This document shows, in pieces, positions 40,436 to 53,869 of a stretch of DNA of 64,000 bases. The notes below the pieces were generated by a model. That model was not told where the DNA came from and did no database searches. It saw nothing but the letters and a program-made list of their open reading frames with translations. Position 1 is the stretch's first letter. Every line of letters starts with the position of its first letter. The stretch spans positions 24,058,001-24,122,000 of the forward strand of contig CM059433.1 of assembly GCA_030390025.1 (NCBI GenBank). Direction: 5' to 3'. A program made the position numbers and the translations under genes. Source of the DNA: Squalus acanthias (Eukaryota).

Positions 40436-40792
40436 TACAGCAGGAGTATTGGAAGATGCAACCCACAATGTATAATTATGTAATACTAATGGATGTAACG
40501 TGGCATAACTCATGCTTAGCCAGAGGATATGCTCTTTTATGACATGAGCATCATACCATATAACACAGTTACCATGTTATGCGTTATTCTGCTGCTAACA
40601 TGGAGTTGTGTTGAACTTGATCCGTCTCCTTAAAGCCACAAAGTCTAATTGCTGCAAATAAGCACATACTAAGGTGAGTTACATTTGATGAGAGAGTCAC
40701 AGGTGCTTGTAAATCTCCAGCCAGCATCAAGATCTGAAGAAACCGGCTTTCGTTCTTATGTTGAGTTTCTTTAAAATCTATTAAAGCTCGTT

Positions 40793-41650
40793 GGGATAGA
40801 AATCGGGCCTCGGGTGTAAAACGGGCGCCATGAGGGCCAATTTTGGGGCCCTATGCCCCGTGCCCAAAGGACGCCTGTAAGATGTCCAACTTGATACTAG
40901 GTCAGGCCATTTTTCAGGCATCCATAGCGCCTGCCTAAAACAGGCGATAGGCCCCTTAACTATATAAATAAGGAGCTTAACATCTGTTTAGGCTCCCTCT
41001 ACCAAATTAGATACCGATAAACAGAGCAGAAGCCAGCCCTGATCTTCTCTGCTGAGGCCTAAGCAGTAGCCGCCAACAAAAGATTGGCGTGTTCTCACAC
41101 AGTTTGGAAAATTGGTCATTGACTGCTATCCAAGGGGAATGTATCCTCCCCCTCCCCCACCAAGATAATTTTATAATCATTTTGTGAGGGGACCAATAAA
41201 AGGAAATAAGAAACGAAAATTGTGCCTATCCGTCATTAGTGGGGAGAGGGGGAGCAGCATACTATTCAGGTCTGGACCCTAAGGCAGGCCCCACTTTAAC
41301 TAGAGTGGTGGCCACCGGTATGCCTTATCTCAGCAGGCGTGCCGGCCATCATTTGAATATCAGGCCATCTCTAGGTCCTCCAATGACTGCCTGGACAGTT
41401 CCAGGTCCACAGCAGCTGCCATGTCCTCACCAATTTTGTCCTTGGATCTTACCTGCACCATCACCAGCAGGGAGACACCCACTCGTGAGGAATTAGTTAG
41501 ACAGTCATAAGGGTTGTCACCAGGCAAGTCATCAAGCACTAGTGAGAATGGGGACCTGGGAGTGGAAGGGAGGGCGAGTGCCATTCGTCTACAGAGCAGG
41601 GAGACATTATTGCCCTAGGCTGAGGAACCTTGGGTCCCAGATTTCAGGAC
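40793..41650. mobile_element. Possible old Harbinger-type MITE; right end uncertain
   Basis: Begins GGGATAGAAATC, similar to the Harbinger TIR at 54728; GC-rich interior. Confidence 0.3.
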
Positions 41651-42077
41651 ACAATCTTCAAAATACCCATGATTAGGGAGCATCGATCTTATGACATTAG
41701 AGATGGTTTCCATCCACATGGTGGAGACGATGGATAAGTGGGAGGAATGAGAAAATTTGGACATTTTTATTCTCCATATTTACTTAATGCTGATCAGGAT
41801 GGAAATGCATATTAAATCAAACTTCATTACTACAATGAGTTCTTGTTACATTACTTTATTCAGGCTTCATTACTTCACTTACTATAATAGTGCCTAACTC
41901 GGATAAATACTTTGCTATCAAAAGGTTTTTTTAAATTCAGGAATTTGAGTGAAAGACCAAGTCCCATAGTCCAGCCCACCACCAAGGTTAAAGATGACCC
42001 AAATCACAAAATATTTATTTGGTGATGCCAAGCTTAGGTTTTACAAGCGTGTATATTTTAGGACAAAAAAAGGAAGA

Positions 42078-42330
42078 CGAGGAGAAATTGTTATATGCAG
42101 CGAGTTGTTATGATCTGGAACGCACTGCCTGAAAGGGTGGTGGAAGCAAATTCAGTACTAACTTTCAAAAGGGAATTGGATAAGTACTTGAAAAGGAAAA
42201 ATTTGCAGAGCTATGGGGAAAGAGCAGGGTGGTGAGATTAATTGCATAGCTCTTTCAAAGAGCCAACACAGACATAATAGGTTGAATGGCCTCCTTCTGT
42301 GCTGGATCATAGAATTATATGATTCTATGA
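42078..42330 (+). mobile_element. CR1 3' fragment
   Basis: QRVVMIWNALPERVVEANSVLTFKRELDKYL-like coding plus 3'UTR and (ATTCTATG)-type tail. Confidence 0.85.
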
Positions 42331-43363
42331 AGTAGTAGACTGGGGTTTAATGAGGACCGAAGTTTGCAGGTCCTGGGGAATAAAATAAGTTACATTAGGA
42401 AACAGTGACAATAGCCTTGATCTCAATCGAGTGAGGTTTGCAGCAATGAAGTGCCACTGTGCATAATAAATTATCTGAAGTCTTAGCTAGACTTGAATTT
42501 CCCAACCAATTTCATTTGCTCTGAAAATCAGGAAACATCCTTTTTAGAAAGTTTCAGCTATATCAGTGAGAAACCATGGAAAGGAAATCACAGCTCTGTG
42601 ATAGTTTGAGCTAAATTAAATTTGAGAAATTTAATATAGTAAAGGTAAATTAAACTTTCATTGTGGACAAAGACTATCACTGGGAATGTGCCCAACAAAA
42701 CTACCTTACACTTACAGTTGTTTCATGTTAATAAGCAGGAGACATCTCTTAGGTTTAAATATGACATCAGTTATCCATCTCAGATCAGTGTTAATAAGAA
42801 ATGGACGAGCTTTTATTTTCTGTCGCTTGACTAACGATGACCTTATGGTACCTCCTCTGCTCGGTATCCTTACTCTGACACTAAACATTACGCTGCACTT
42901 CATTGAGTGACATAGAGGGGCTTTATCCAGTCCATCTAATACGCAATGTGACATTTATGACGAGCAAACTGGATAAACATCAGTTTTGAGCATTTCAAAC
43001 TCTTGGATTCTACGCACTTGTGCTTTAAAAAACACTCGACCTTCATTACAACATGACCCTTCAGGAGTGAAGTACATTATATTGAAGTATTGGCATTAGT
43101 GAATGCTTCAGAACATTACATAAAATGCAATATAAGGAGAGTCAGGAGTCAAAGCTCAGTGGACATCTCACAGAGTAAGTGCTCTAACTGCGTATCTTGA
43201 AATGAGGATCGGACATACAGTGGTGCCAATATTTTAAAAAGGACAGTAAGTCAAAACTTGGAAATTACAGGCCTTTAAACGTGACTTTTATCGTAGGTAA
43301 GTTGATGGAAAGGATTATTAGAGATTTACCGTATGACCATCTTGACAGAGGATGAGTTATTAA

Positions 43364-44212
43364 ACAAAAAAGAAAGACTTGCATTTATATCTTCTTCTCC
43401 TTCTTCGGCAGTCCCTCGGAACCGAGGATGACTTGCTTCCACATTAAAAATTAGTTCTCAGGTGACTGATGAGTCCAATGCGGGACCTACAGTCTCTGTC
43501 ACAGGTAGGGAAGACGGTGGTTGAAGGGGCGGGTGGGTGGGGTGCTTGGGTTGACGTGCGCTCCTTCCGCTGTTTGCGCTTGGCTTCCGCTTGTTCCCAG
43601 CAAAGAGACTTAAGGTATTCGACGCCTTCCCGGATGCTTCTCCTCCACTTTGTACGGTCTTGGGCCAGGGATTCCCAGGTGTCGGTGGGGATGTTGTACT
43701 TTTTCAAGGAGGCTCTGAGGGTGTCCTTGAAGCGTTTCCTCTGCCCACCTGGGGCTCTCTTGCCGTGTCAGAGCTCCGAGTAGAGCGCTTGTTTTGGGAG
43801 TCTCGTATCGGGCATGCGGACGATGTGACCCATCCATCAGAGCTGATTGAGCGTGGTCAAAGCTTCGATACTGGGGATATTGGCCTGAGCGAGAACACTG
43901 ACGTTGGTGCGCCTATCCTGCCAATGGATTTGCAGGATCTTGCGGAGGCAGCGTTCGTGGTACCTCTCCAGTGCTTTGCAGTGCTTTGAGTGTACAGCAG
44001 GCACCTCAATGCACTGCATTTATATAGAGCCTTTCACAACCTCAGGACGTCCCAAAGGGCTTTACAACCACTTACGTACTTTTGATGTGTGGTCACTGTT
44101 GTAGTGTAGGAAACGTGGCAGCTAATTTGCACACAGCAAGCTCCCACAACAGCAATGTGATAATGACCAGATAATCTGTTTTTTAGTGATTTTGATTGAG
44201 GGATAAATATTG
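43364..44212 (-). mobile_element. SacSINE1-like SINE interrupted by an RTE element
   Basis: Tail at 43364-43390; body continues at 44015-44212. Confidence 0.85.
43391..44014 (-). mobile_element. RTE-clade LINE 3' fragment
   Basis: RCLRKILQIHWQDRRTNVSVL and WESLAQDRTKWRR..SRIGLISHLRT; (GAA)n tail; 11-bp TSD TGCATTTATAT (43380-43390, 44015-44025). Confidence 0.92.
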
Positions 44213-44675
44213 ATAAATATTAGAGATGCTCAGCATAGTTTCTGGAAAAGAAGGTCATACTTCGTCAAGCTGGTTGAATTTTTTTGAGGAGGTTACCAGG
44301 TTGATTGATGTCGGTAGCTTGGTTGACATTGTACACCTTGATTATGAAAAACCTTTGATAAACTGGCACACAATAGTTTACTTAATAAAATAAAGTCCTG
44401 TGGGATTAGCGGGCAGGTTTTGGGTTTAATAAGGAATTGGTTGGATTCTTGTAGACAGAAGGTTGTCATTAATGGTAATGGTTCTGAGTGGGGACCAGTT
44501 ACTATTGGAGTCCTGCAGGGATCGGTGTTCAGGCCATTGCTCTTCACTATCTATATTAATGATTTGGATGAAGGCGTCCGGTGAACTGTCTACAAGTTTG
44601 TGGATGATACAAGAATTTGTTCAAGTGTTAGGAGTTTAGATAAGAAAAATAGATTACAGGACAATCTGGATGCAA

Positions 44676-45083
44676 TAAAAAGAAAGACTTGCATTTATAC
44701 AGCACCTTTCACGACCACCGGACGTCTCAAAGCGTTTTACAGCCAATGCAGTACTTTTTGGAGTGTAGTCACTGTTGTAATGTGGGAAATGTAGCAGCCA
44801 ATTTGCACACAGCAAGCTCCCATAAACAGCAATGTAATAATGACCAGATAATCTGTTTTTGTTATGCTGATTGAGGGATAAATATTGGCCAGGGATAACT
44901 CCCCTGCTCTTCTTCGAAATAGTGTCATGGGATCTTTTACGTCCAGATGAGAGAGCATACGGGGCCTCGGTTTAATGTCTCATCCGAAAGACAGCACCTC
45001 CGACAGTGCAGCACTCCCTCAGCACAGCACTGGAGTGTCAGCCTAGCTTTATGTGCTCAAGTCCCTGGAGTGGGACTTGAACC
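44676..45083 (-). mobile_element. Near full-length SacSINE1/DeuSINE-like SINE
   Basis: Minus strand starts with B-box-like GGTTCAAGTCC, followed by a Deu-like core and an L2-like tail ..TATAAATGCAAGTCTTTCTTT. Confidence 0.85.
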
Positions 45084-45123
45084 ATTAGAGGAAGGGGCCT
45101 GCATCTGGCAGATTTCATTTAAT

Positions 45124-45867
45124 GGCCCAGAAATTAAACACTGAGCGTTCCTGCGGGGGTAAGGCTTCCCCGCGATATCTCACTGCGCGCCTACCTTTTC
45201 CCTCCGGGCCCACACGAACTTTAGTTTCAAGGCTGCAGCTGTGCAGTGCTTGCGTGACCCACAGACGCAGTTAGTTCGTGCGAGCTCTGGGATCACGTGA
45301 TTCAGTTAGAGCCAATGGCAGCACACCATCTTTCATTCATAGTTTTGACAGGAGAACTGTCAAAGCTATGAATACAACTTACCCCCAAAAGAACAGCTAA
45401 ACCTCAATTAAATTTAACAAAAAACACACCGCATTAATAAAATAAGTATAGTTAAATAAATTAACCACTTTAAACAAAAATTTAAATTTTTGAAAAAATT
45501 TAAAATCTTTTTAAAAGTTATAAAAATAAACTTACCTTTCTTTAAAGTCTCTAAAAAAGATAAACCTGTTGAAAAAAATTTAAAATAATACTTAATTAAC
45601 TACTTACCTTGTTAAAAGAGGGTCTTACGCCTCCTTTCTTTATGTGTAAAATCTTCCATGCTTACCTGCGCGTTCAAAGCACTAAGTGCACTGCGTGCGC
45701 GCAGCCTGTAGCGCGCACGCGGTTCACTTAGGAACCGCCCCCTTTTGAGTTCACGAAGTGCCGGTTTCCCGCGCATGCGCAGTGCATGCTGGAAACCGGC
45801 AATTGGAGACCTAAAACGTGAGAGTACACAGTGCGTACTCTCGCGTATTAGGTCTAATTTTCGGGCC
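45124..45867. mobile_element. Non-autonomous PIF/Harbinger-type MITE
   Basis: TIRs GGCCCAGAAATT / AATTTTCGGGCC; AAT TSD; removal rejoins the CR1 frame WQISFNIAKCSVMH. Confidence 0.88.
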
Positions 45868-46134
45868 AATATAGCTAAATGCAGTGTTATGCACGGGGGT
45901 AAGGCCAACATCAAGCATGCTTACACCATGCAGGGTTGCGAGCTTAAGGCTGTTGAGCAGGCGAAAGAACTGAGTGTTACAGTACATGAATCTCTGAAGG
46001 TTCACGACCAGTGCCATGAGGCTATTGCAAAAGCAAATAGAGTGTTAGGATGTATTGCCAGGATGATTAAATACAAAACAAAAAATACTATTTTTTTAAA
46101 TACAAGATCTTAGCTAAGTCTCATTTAGAATACT

Positions 46135-46283
46135 AGCTGTGGATTTCCTTGGAGCTTTGTCTGCTCCATTGCCTTAACTTCACCAGAAGTGCGTTGAAAA
46201 CCTCATTTACATTTCTGCTACACTTCTGGCGTACTTATAGTGGCAGAGCAGGAGCAAGAGCAGCTCCAATGAAATTCCAGACA
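46135..46283. mobile_element. Small ~150-bp degenerate MITE
   Basis: Imperfect inverted ends (GGATTTCCTTGGAGC / GCTCCAATGAAATTCC); splits CR1 LEY|CVQFW with an ACT duplication. Confidence 0.65.
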
Positions 46284-48099
46284 ACTGTGTCCAGTTTTGG
46301 TCTAATCACCTGGTGGTAATATTCGAGGCCCTGGATAAGGTTCAGAGGAAGGCCACTAGATTGATATCCAACTTAAAGGCCCTTAATAATCATGGTTGAC
46401 TTAGAGATCTGGACATTTTTTCTCTATAAAAGTGTCGACTTCAAGGAAACAAGGAGACTTGATTGAGATATTTCAAATAATGGAAGAAATAGATTTGGTC
46501 CATGTGGATAGGCTATTTGAGTTAGATAGGTTTGGGAGGACCAGGGGGCATGAGTATAAGTTACGTAAGAATAGGACTAGGTTGGATGTCAGGAGGTATT
46601 TCTGTACACCGAGTTGTTGACCTATAGAACAAGTACTGGCTCATGCAGTGAGTGTGGATTCACTGCAAACATTAAGGGAGCTGGATGGGTTGCTGAGCGT
46701 GGGCGATATCACTACATACAGAAGGTAAGTGAGGTATTGGGGACATGTCTCCCAGTCACCATGGTCTCCTAGAACTTGTTTGATTGACTCCGGGGTCAGA
46801 GAGGGAATTTCCATGAGTTCTTTTTCCTAAATGATTCTCTTTTTTTCCCTTTCCCTTTGTGTGGCTGGTTGTTAAGGGAGTTGGCAAAGCTGCACCATGA
46901 CAGCGTGGGGCAGGCTCGATTTATCAGTTTGTCATTTCCTGTCCTTTGTTTTCATATGTTTTGTGTTGCTGTAGCGTAGAAGGTACCGTGCAATTCAAAA
47001 CATTCAAGTGCTGGAAAAAAAAAGTTCAATTTTGAAGCCTCACTTTCTCACTAATTTTTACTCCCGTTCTAGGTAATAAATTGGAGGGTCTTTGTTAAAT
47101 TAATTTTTGTGGCCCACTGTAGGTAGTATCCTGCTTGTTATTTCCCCTCACATGTTGTCACCTGACTGCTGAGACTCCCATGACCCCATCTCTGCCTCTC
47201 CATGCTCCCTTCCCCAGTTTGTCACGATCCCCATTCGCCTTTGGCCCCTTCAACTCCCACAGTGCTCCCAGCACAAGCTCCACAGGCATCCTCATCAGCG
47301 TCTTGCTCACTCTCTCCCAATGCTGCTCCATGCCAGTGCTTCTCGCTCTGTTCTCAGGTGCTGTTGAACTACACCCCCACTGATTGACATTCCGCTGCGT
47401 GACCTTTGTTACTCCACAGCCCTACCAACCTCTGGTCTGTTATCAACCATTACTGTTGCCAAATTGCTTTTAGTTTTATTCCTTATCCCGAACATTCTTT
47501 TTAAATTCCTTATGCTGCACATTATTTTTAATATTTCTTATCCCAGGCATTTTTATATTGTATATATTCCTTACCTGTGGCATTTCCTTTAAGTCCTTTA
47601 CCCTGAGCATTTATTTTTAAGATTCCTTTCATGTGGCATCTCCCCATTTGTACCTGCACGCAGACACACTTTAAATTGTGATCATCCGTTCATGTCACGC
47701 TCCACACTATACCTTCAATCTATTCTGAGGAGCCAAATCCTAGGCTAATTTTTTTTAAGTTCTTATTAAGTATGGTGATCACTGCAAACTTTAGCTTGTT
47801 ATGGATTTTTTTAGGATTATATAGATTTCTTCCTGTAATCATATTTCCTGTCATAGACAAAGTAGTCAATATTTATAGCGTATATATAAATCTTTATCAT
47901 ACAATAATTGATTAGTAAATAATAAAAGTAAGATACTGTGGGTGCTGGAAATTTGAAATAAAAACAGATTAATAATTATGTTTTTAGCACTTCTGGCAGT
48001 AGTTTCTCGTCTTCACCACCTGGGCAATAATCTGATGGAGTGGATCGCCCATCCTTTGTAGAATCTGCTCAAGTTTCATACCATTCATGCTAATTTAGA

Positions 48100-48312
48100 T
48101 GTCAGCCTTGGCTCAGTGGTAATACTCTCATTTCTGAGTGGTTTAAGCTCCACTCCAGAGACTTAAGCACATAATCCAAACTGACACAGTAAATAGTGTA
48201 AACGGGAGCAGAAAGTTGCAAAGGGGACATTGATAGACTAAGTGAGTGGAAAAAACTGTGTCAGATAGAGTTCGATGTGGGTAAGTGTGAGGTCATCCAC
48301 TATGGACCTGAG
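48100..48312 (+). mobile_element. tRNA-derived SINE head (48100-48187) abutting a CR1 RT fragment
   Basis: A-box-like TGGCTCAGTGG; then LQRDIDRLSEW..KCEVIHYG-like coding. Confidence 0.6.
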
Positions 48313-48722
48313 AACAGGGGTTCCTGCCTACGGTGTACAGAGGCCATAATTCCTGTCAGTAGTGCGAGCAGTGGTATTGAGGGTAGAGACGGGCCTGCCT
48401 CAGTGCATTAGCAGCTGGTCTCAAGTAGGAGCAGAACTGAGCAGGGTGGGGAGGCATGGATGGCTATTGAAAGAAACAAACGGCTGACAATGAAAGGGGG
48501 GAGTGGAATGGTAATGATGAGGAGAGTTAAGTCGGCGGAAGCTGGGAATGGGGTTTGAGGGAAGAGGAGAGAAGCTGGGTGCAGCACTTTAGGTTTGGGA
48601 CTAGAGAGAGTGCTAGCAATAACAGCGGGAGTGGGGATAAAGGATCTCAGCATGATCTCTGGGTGAGGAAAGCCTGCTTAAACCGGGGGGAATGGACAAA
48701 GAATGCTAGATTAAGTTGGAGG

Positions 48723-48946
48723 AAGAAAGAAAGACTTGCATTTATATAGCGCCTTTCACGACCACCGGACGTCTCAAAGCGCTTTGCAGCCAATGAAGAA
48801 CTTTTGAAGTGGAGTCACTGTTGTGATGTGGGAAACGCGGCAGCCAATTTGCGCACAGCAAGATCCCACAAACAGCACTGCGATAATGACCAGATAATCT
48901 GTTTTTGTTGTGTTGGTTGAGGGATAAATATTGGCCAGGACACCAG
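48723..48946 (-). mobile_element. SacSINE1-like 3' half
   Basis: Highly similar to 44676-44895 and 56766-56988. Confidence 0.88.
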
Positions 48947-49692
48947 GGTAGTTGAATTGGGAGAGGGGGGCAAAAGGGGGTTTAGGGACTGGAGTAGAGT
49001 AGAATGCTAGGTTGAATTGAGGGACAGAGAAGGGTTCCAATATGACTTGGAAAGGTCAGAAGAGAAGAGAGTATCTCTATAAAAGGTTGGGGAGTTGCAT
49101 GGCATACAGTTTCTGAATTGGGTCTTGGGAGGCTAGAATACCTTTGTGAACTGGGGTCAGGAGAGCTGGACGTGGGAGAGTGTCTGTTGAGGTTACTTTT
49201 GGGAAAGTAATGATTCGGTTGGTCTGCTGAAAATCCAAATGTCACTTTGGGTTTTTTCGGTGAAAAGTCTATTAATTGCAAAGTAATATTGTGAACAAGA
49301 ATGCATTATTTTTATGTAAAAGTTCAAACTTCTCTGGGGGAACATGCCACCAGACTTCCCTAGGAATGCACCACCACCAATTGTGTGCTTTCTACATTTG
49401 AATTTCCCCTTCATACTTTCATGTACTTCTATTTTTTTCCACCAGTACAAGTGAGGAATGTTGTGCATATCTGGTGCTTAATTGCAAAGTCCGCATCACT
49501 ACTTGTTTTCACATCAGGGCTGTTGTTGTATTGTCATTTCTTTGCGGGCGGTGTCAGCTTTTTATGAAACTGTTTGGTTTTGGCTAGTTCTCTAGGTTGG
49601 TATGTATGAAAGAGTGACCAACACACAGAAAGGACTTTTGGGTGGGGTAGTGGAGACATTGCCCTGGTTTAAGCTGGCATGCTTTCCTCACC

Positions 49693-49822
49693 AGAACATA
49701 AGAATTAGGAGCAGGAGTAGGCCAGACGGCCCTTCGAGCCTGCTCCGCCATGATCTCATTGAATGGTGGAGCAGACTCGAAAGGGCCGTATGGCCTCCTC
49801 CTGCTCCTAATTCTTATGTTCT
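49693..49822. repeat. Inverted pair of CR1 3' ends forming a ~130-nt palindrome
   Basis: AGAACATAAGAATTAGGAGCAGGAG... / ...CTCCTGCTCCTAATTCTTATGTTCT. Confidence 0.9.
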
Positions 49823-51712
49823 TATTGTTTAAGAAACAGTTGGAGGCGGCGATGGAGGATATCCTGGATTGATGAGCAAGGATAGGTCAAATGGCCTTCT
49901 TCATCCTTGTCTATGTTCTGTGGCCCTATTTATCCACACTCCTCTGGCATTGTCAATAGACCACATGATAAATCTTCTATCGGCAGGTAGCCAATAGGAT
50001 TAGAGCTAAAAAGCAACAAGCAACTTTAAAGGACAAAATCCAAAAATATCCGTGAAGCTAAATTTCTTTTGGAAATCAAGTATTCGTTCCGTTGCCTTTA
50101 TGAAAATCCAACTCCATTTGTTGTACAAATTACACCTCTGATATTAAACCCAGATTGCTTCCTTACCAACAAAGAACATATAAAACAGCCTCTCTAAAAA
50201 TGCAACAAAAAAAATCATCTCTGGGTGTGGAATAAAAAAGCTATTTATTTATCCATGTCTTTCTCAATAGAAGTGTAAAACTTACTTAATAGTGCAGAAG
50301 AAATGATTGCCATTTATTCTTTTTAAATGATAGTGAAGTGGTTTAACTGCTTTCTTTTTCTCTTCTGCCCTTCCCTTCTCTACTTCACTCACTTCTGAAT
50401 GACCTTTGCAGCAGGAAGAGAGATATCTTCATATGCCAATTTTTCTGGGGTGTTTACAAAATCCCGGTCCAACCACAGACTCCAGATCTAATAGTGTTAA
50501 AAGGCTTGATTTTATACACCAGTCAGTTTAAGAGCTGAGGAAATATTTTGTTGTTTTAAGATGCGATGGTCAGATAAACTATGGAACAGACGTGCGTAAA
50601 CTATGGTGTTCTGAGGCACAGCTCGTATCTTGTTTACATATTCGTCATATTTGCCCAGGTTATGTCTGGAGATGTTTCAGCATAAATGTGACAGGTAACA
50701 TTAAAGGCTTTTTTAGTCTGAACAGAAGTGAGAGATCGTAATCTGTCTAATTTGAAGATTCACTGCAATTCTGTAGCTGCGGTTGATGCAGCTTGTCGAA
50801 GCAACTGTTTGTTGCTGTTTTTCAGTTTTTGTTAATTCCTGATTTAATCCGTGACACGGACATTTGGGCAATGTTAACACTTTGGAAGAATTATCCAGGT
50901 TATCAGCTATTAACAACCAATGTGGCTGAAAGACATGAGGTCTGCCAACCATAGCTATTTGTAGTATCACACCCAATAACCAGTACGGAATGTTAAAACA
51001 GTATGCATCTAATAAAATACAATCCATTTTTAAAAATCCTAAAAATATTTTTGCACTTTGTTACAGGCACCAAAAATCAATAGGAACTCCAAACAGGGAG
51101 TGTTGGTAATTAACACTGGCCACAATTGCACCTATAGTGGTATTACCACTGTGGCATATTCAGAGGTTTAACACAGCGGTGAATGGCTACCATTGGCCAA
51201 TGCAAAGCAAATTATTAGCGGCATGGCTTCCATTAACTTCAGTTACTTTGCCACGTTCAGAACTTTAAAGCTTTTACTTGCATTACCAGTGCTGAAGTCA
51301 TAATTGAATCAGGTTTCCTTACTGTGCCAACAGTATTATCAGTCATTCCTATAATGTCCTTCTTTGTTACAGAAGCAGTCATTGTTCATTCACAGGAGGA
51401 GCAAGAAGAAGGGAGGTGCAAACACAGAGAAGGAGGGGACTAAGGGGAATTATAGATTGCGTAGGTAAAAGCTGTGTATAAGGAAATATAAGCTAACCCA
51501 TAAAATACTGAAAAATCTCAATGCTGCCTCTGCAATTGGAGGGTGTCACAATGATTCCGACTGTAAAAGTTGTAGCAACATTTTCTTTTTTGTTAGCGTT
51601 TCTTTCCAGATATCTGAGGCAGATTATGGTGTATTGGCTAAGGCACTGTTCTGCATTCAGGATGTGACAGATGCACTATTCTAGAGCTCTGGTAGGTCCA
51701 TTTATTTCATTG

Positions 51713-51920
51713 GATAGAATCATAGAAACTTACAGCACAGAAGGAGACCATTCAGCCCATTGTGCCTGTGCTGGCTCTTTGAAAGAGCAGGTCATGCTTA
51801 GTCCCGTATCCCCCTGTTTTTTGTCAGTAACTCTGTAAGTTCCTCATCCTCAAGTACCTGTCCAACTCCCTTTTAAAATTATTTATGGAATCAGCTTCCA
51901 CTACCTTTTTTAGGTAGAGC
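51713..51920 (-). mobile_element. CR1 3' fragment
   Basis: (ATAGAATC)-type tail, CR1 3'UTR and FKRELDRYL coding on the minus strand. Confidence 0.8.
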
Positions 51921-51922
51921 CC

Positions 51923-53702
51923 TTGCCGCAAGTCTTCCGTGCCATGTGGAGGGAGGTTGCCCAGCAGGTCTCGGGCAGCACGGTGGTCCCCAGGACCCAC
52001 ACACAGTGCAGGAAGAAATTTAATGGCCTCACTCAGGTGGTCAGGGTGAGTCAGGGCCTCAACAAATGCTACATACCACCATCCGAACCACAGTCTTCAC
52101 ACACTGCCCAAATCACCACACCCCCAGCGCTCACCCACCAACAAACTCTATCGACCAACACTCACACCCAAATCTCACACCTTGCACACAATGACAGCTA
52201 TTCAACTATGGCAGGCATATCACCCAAACACATTGCTCCACACTCACTCACACACACTCCTTTCTCCAGTAGGCCAAGGTGGCTCACAACAGGAGGGAGC
52301 ACGAGCACACAGGCGAGGGACAAGCCGACACCCAACCACTGTCTGCGCTGGAAAATAGAGTGCTGCAGATTATTGGGTGCCAGATGGTGGGCGCCGTGGC
52401 CACCGGCGACGTTGACCCCCTTGGGGACAACGACGGTCTGTTCATCCCTACTCCTTCTTCTCACATCTCACTTCCCCCTCACCCCACAAGCCTTTTGCAC
52501 TTTCCAGCTAATCATGCTGTATGCATGCATATCTCCCTTCCTGCCCCCCTCCCCTCACCTTAACCCATCTCTTGTGCCTTTATGCTTTCATGAGCAAGCA
52601 GCTGAGCAGCCATCCCGGAGGGCACCGTTGAGAGCGAGCTTGAAGAAGAGGAGGAGGAAGAACACACCGTGTCACTGCATGTCTCACCTGCAGGTACCAG
52701 CTCAGATACTGGCACTACGCGTTCTTTAGAGGTTAGTATAGTAGCGGGATCTGCACAGGGTGATGCACCGGGAACGAGCGGGCTGCAGCAAGGCCAGGGG
52801 AAAGGGTAGCTCGGGAGCCAGCTCCCCGGAGGGCGAGTTTGCGCACGAGTTCTGCTGCACAGGACTCAGATGAGGACCTCGATGGGGAGGCGTTTAGAAG
52901 AAGGGTGATGGGCATGCACACGGAGATGATAGGTGCAATGGCAAGGGTGCCCAAGAGCCTGTCGGCAATGGTAAGGAGCGTGGAGGAGTCCGCCTCCAAC
53001 ATTGCACAAAGCTCTGTGCACACCATGGAGCCCATCATCTCCAGTCTGGAAAGGATGGTAGTCTCCCAGAGAGACCGTGGCGGCCCAGACCTGAGGCCAC
53101 GTGTGATGGGCGATCTGGCAGCTTCCATTGCAGCACAGGTGGAAGCGACGCAACGTCTTAGTGCTGTAATGCAGTCTATGGTTGGTGCCATTCAATCTCA
53201 GACTGCTCTCATGCAGTCTCAGCTTGATGCCACGCAAGCTCTGACTGCTGCCATCATGGCTGGGACTACCACTGTCGACCGGGGCTTTCACGGTGTTGCA
53301 GCAGGCCAGCAATCTGTGCTCCAGCAGATTGGTAGTGATGCTGAGGTGCTGCCCTGGGGGAGTGGCAGTGGGTCAGTGGAGCAGGAACCTGCTGTCCTCT
53401 CTCAGGATGACAGCATTCCTGCTTCCACTGCTGGCACTCCGCCATTGCCCTTGTCGCTGCCTGTCATCCAGCCAGCCCAGACTGCTGCCGCCCATGCTGA
53501 GGTGGTGCAGTGTACAACCGGGCCTTCCAGGACCAGAGCTGGTCGAGGGTGTCCTGCAAGGCCATCTGAAGTCTCCTGCACAGACACTCAGCAGCCTTCC
53601 ACCAGCCGTGCTGCAGCCACTGGGCCAACACTTCGTAGGAGCACTAGAGTAGGCAAAGGCACAGTAACGAGAGGCATTAAGGGATTGCACAAGGGTGAAT
53701 AG
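51923..53702 (+). pseudogene. Harbinger Myb/SANT-like DNA-binding gene, spliced and 5'-truncated
   Basis: WREVAQQV....RTHTQCRKKFNGL trihelix motif; GTGAGT donor near 52046; next exon AKVAHNRRE..TGEG; long last exon including ORF 52839-53702. Confidence 0.8.
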
Positions 53703-53869
53703 TAAATATTGATGTTGTAAATATGTGTTAACTGATTATTGATAAATGTATTAATTCAGTTTGGAATATTTTGTGGTGTGTATCATTTCAGCTTTGTGCT
53801 GTGAAATGGCCTGGGATAGGGATAGAATGATGGTGATGTGGTGAGCAACAGGGATCTGGGGTTTAATTT

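Larger units (their letters stand above)
43250..46720 (+). mobile_element. Old degenerate CR1 ORF2 hosting nested insertions
   Basis: Colinear remnants GNYRP, EFFEEV, GVLQGSV, KFVDD, WQISFN/IAKCSVMH, LEY/CVQFW, RTRGHEYKL separated by the inserts. Confidence 0.85.

Noticed and set aside
50713..51027. 104-aa minus-strand ORF in unique sequence
   Set aside because: No recognisable motif and weak splice signals; cannot be supported without a search.
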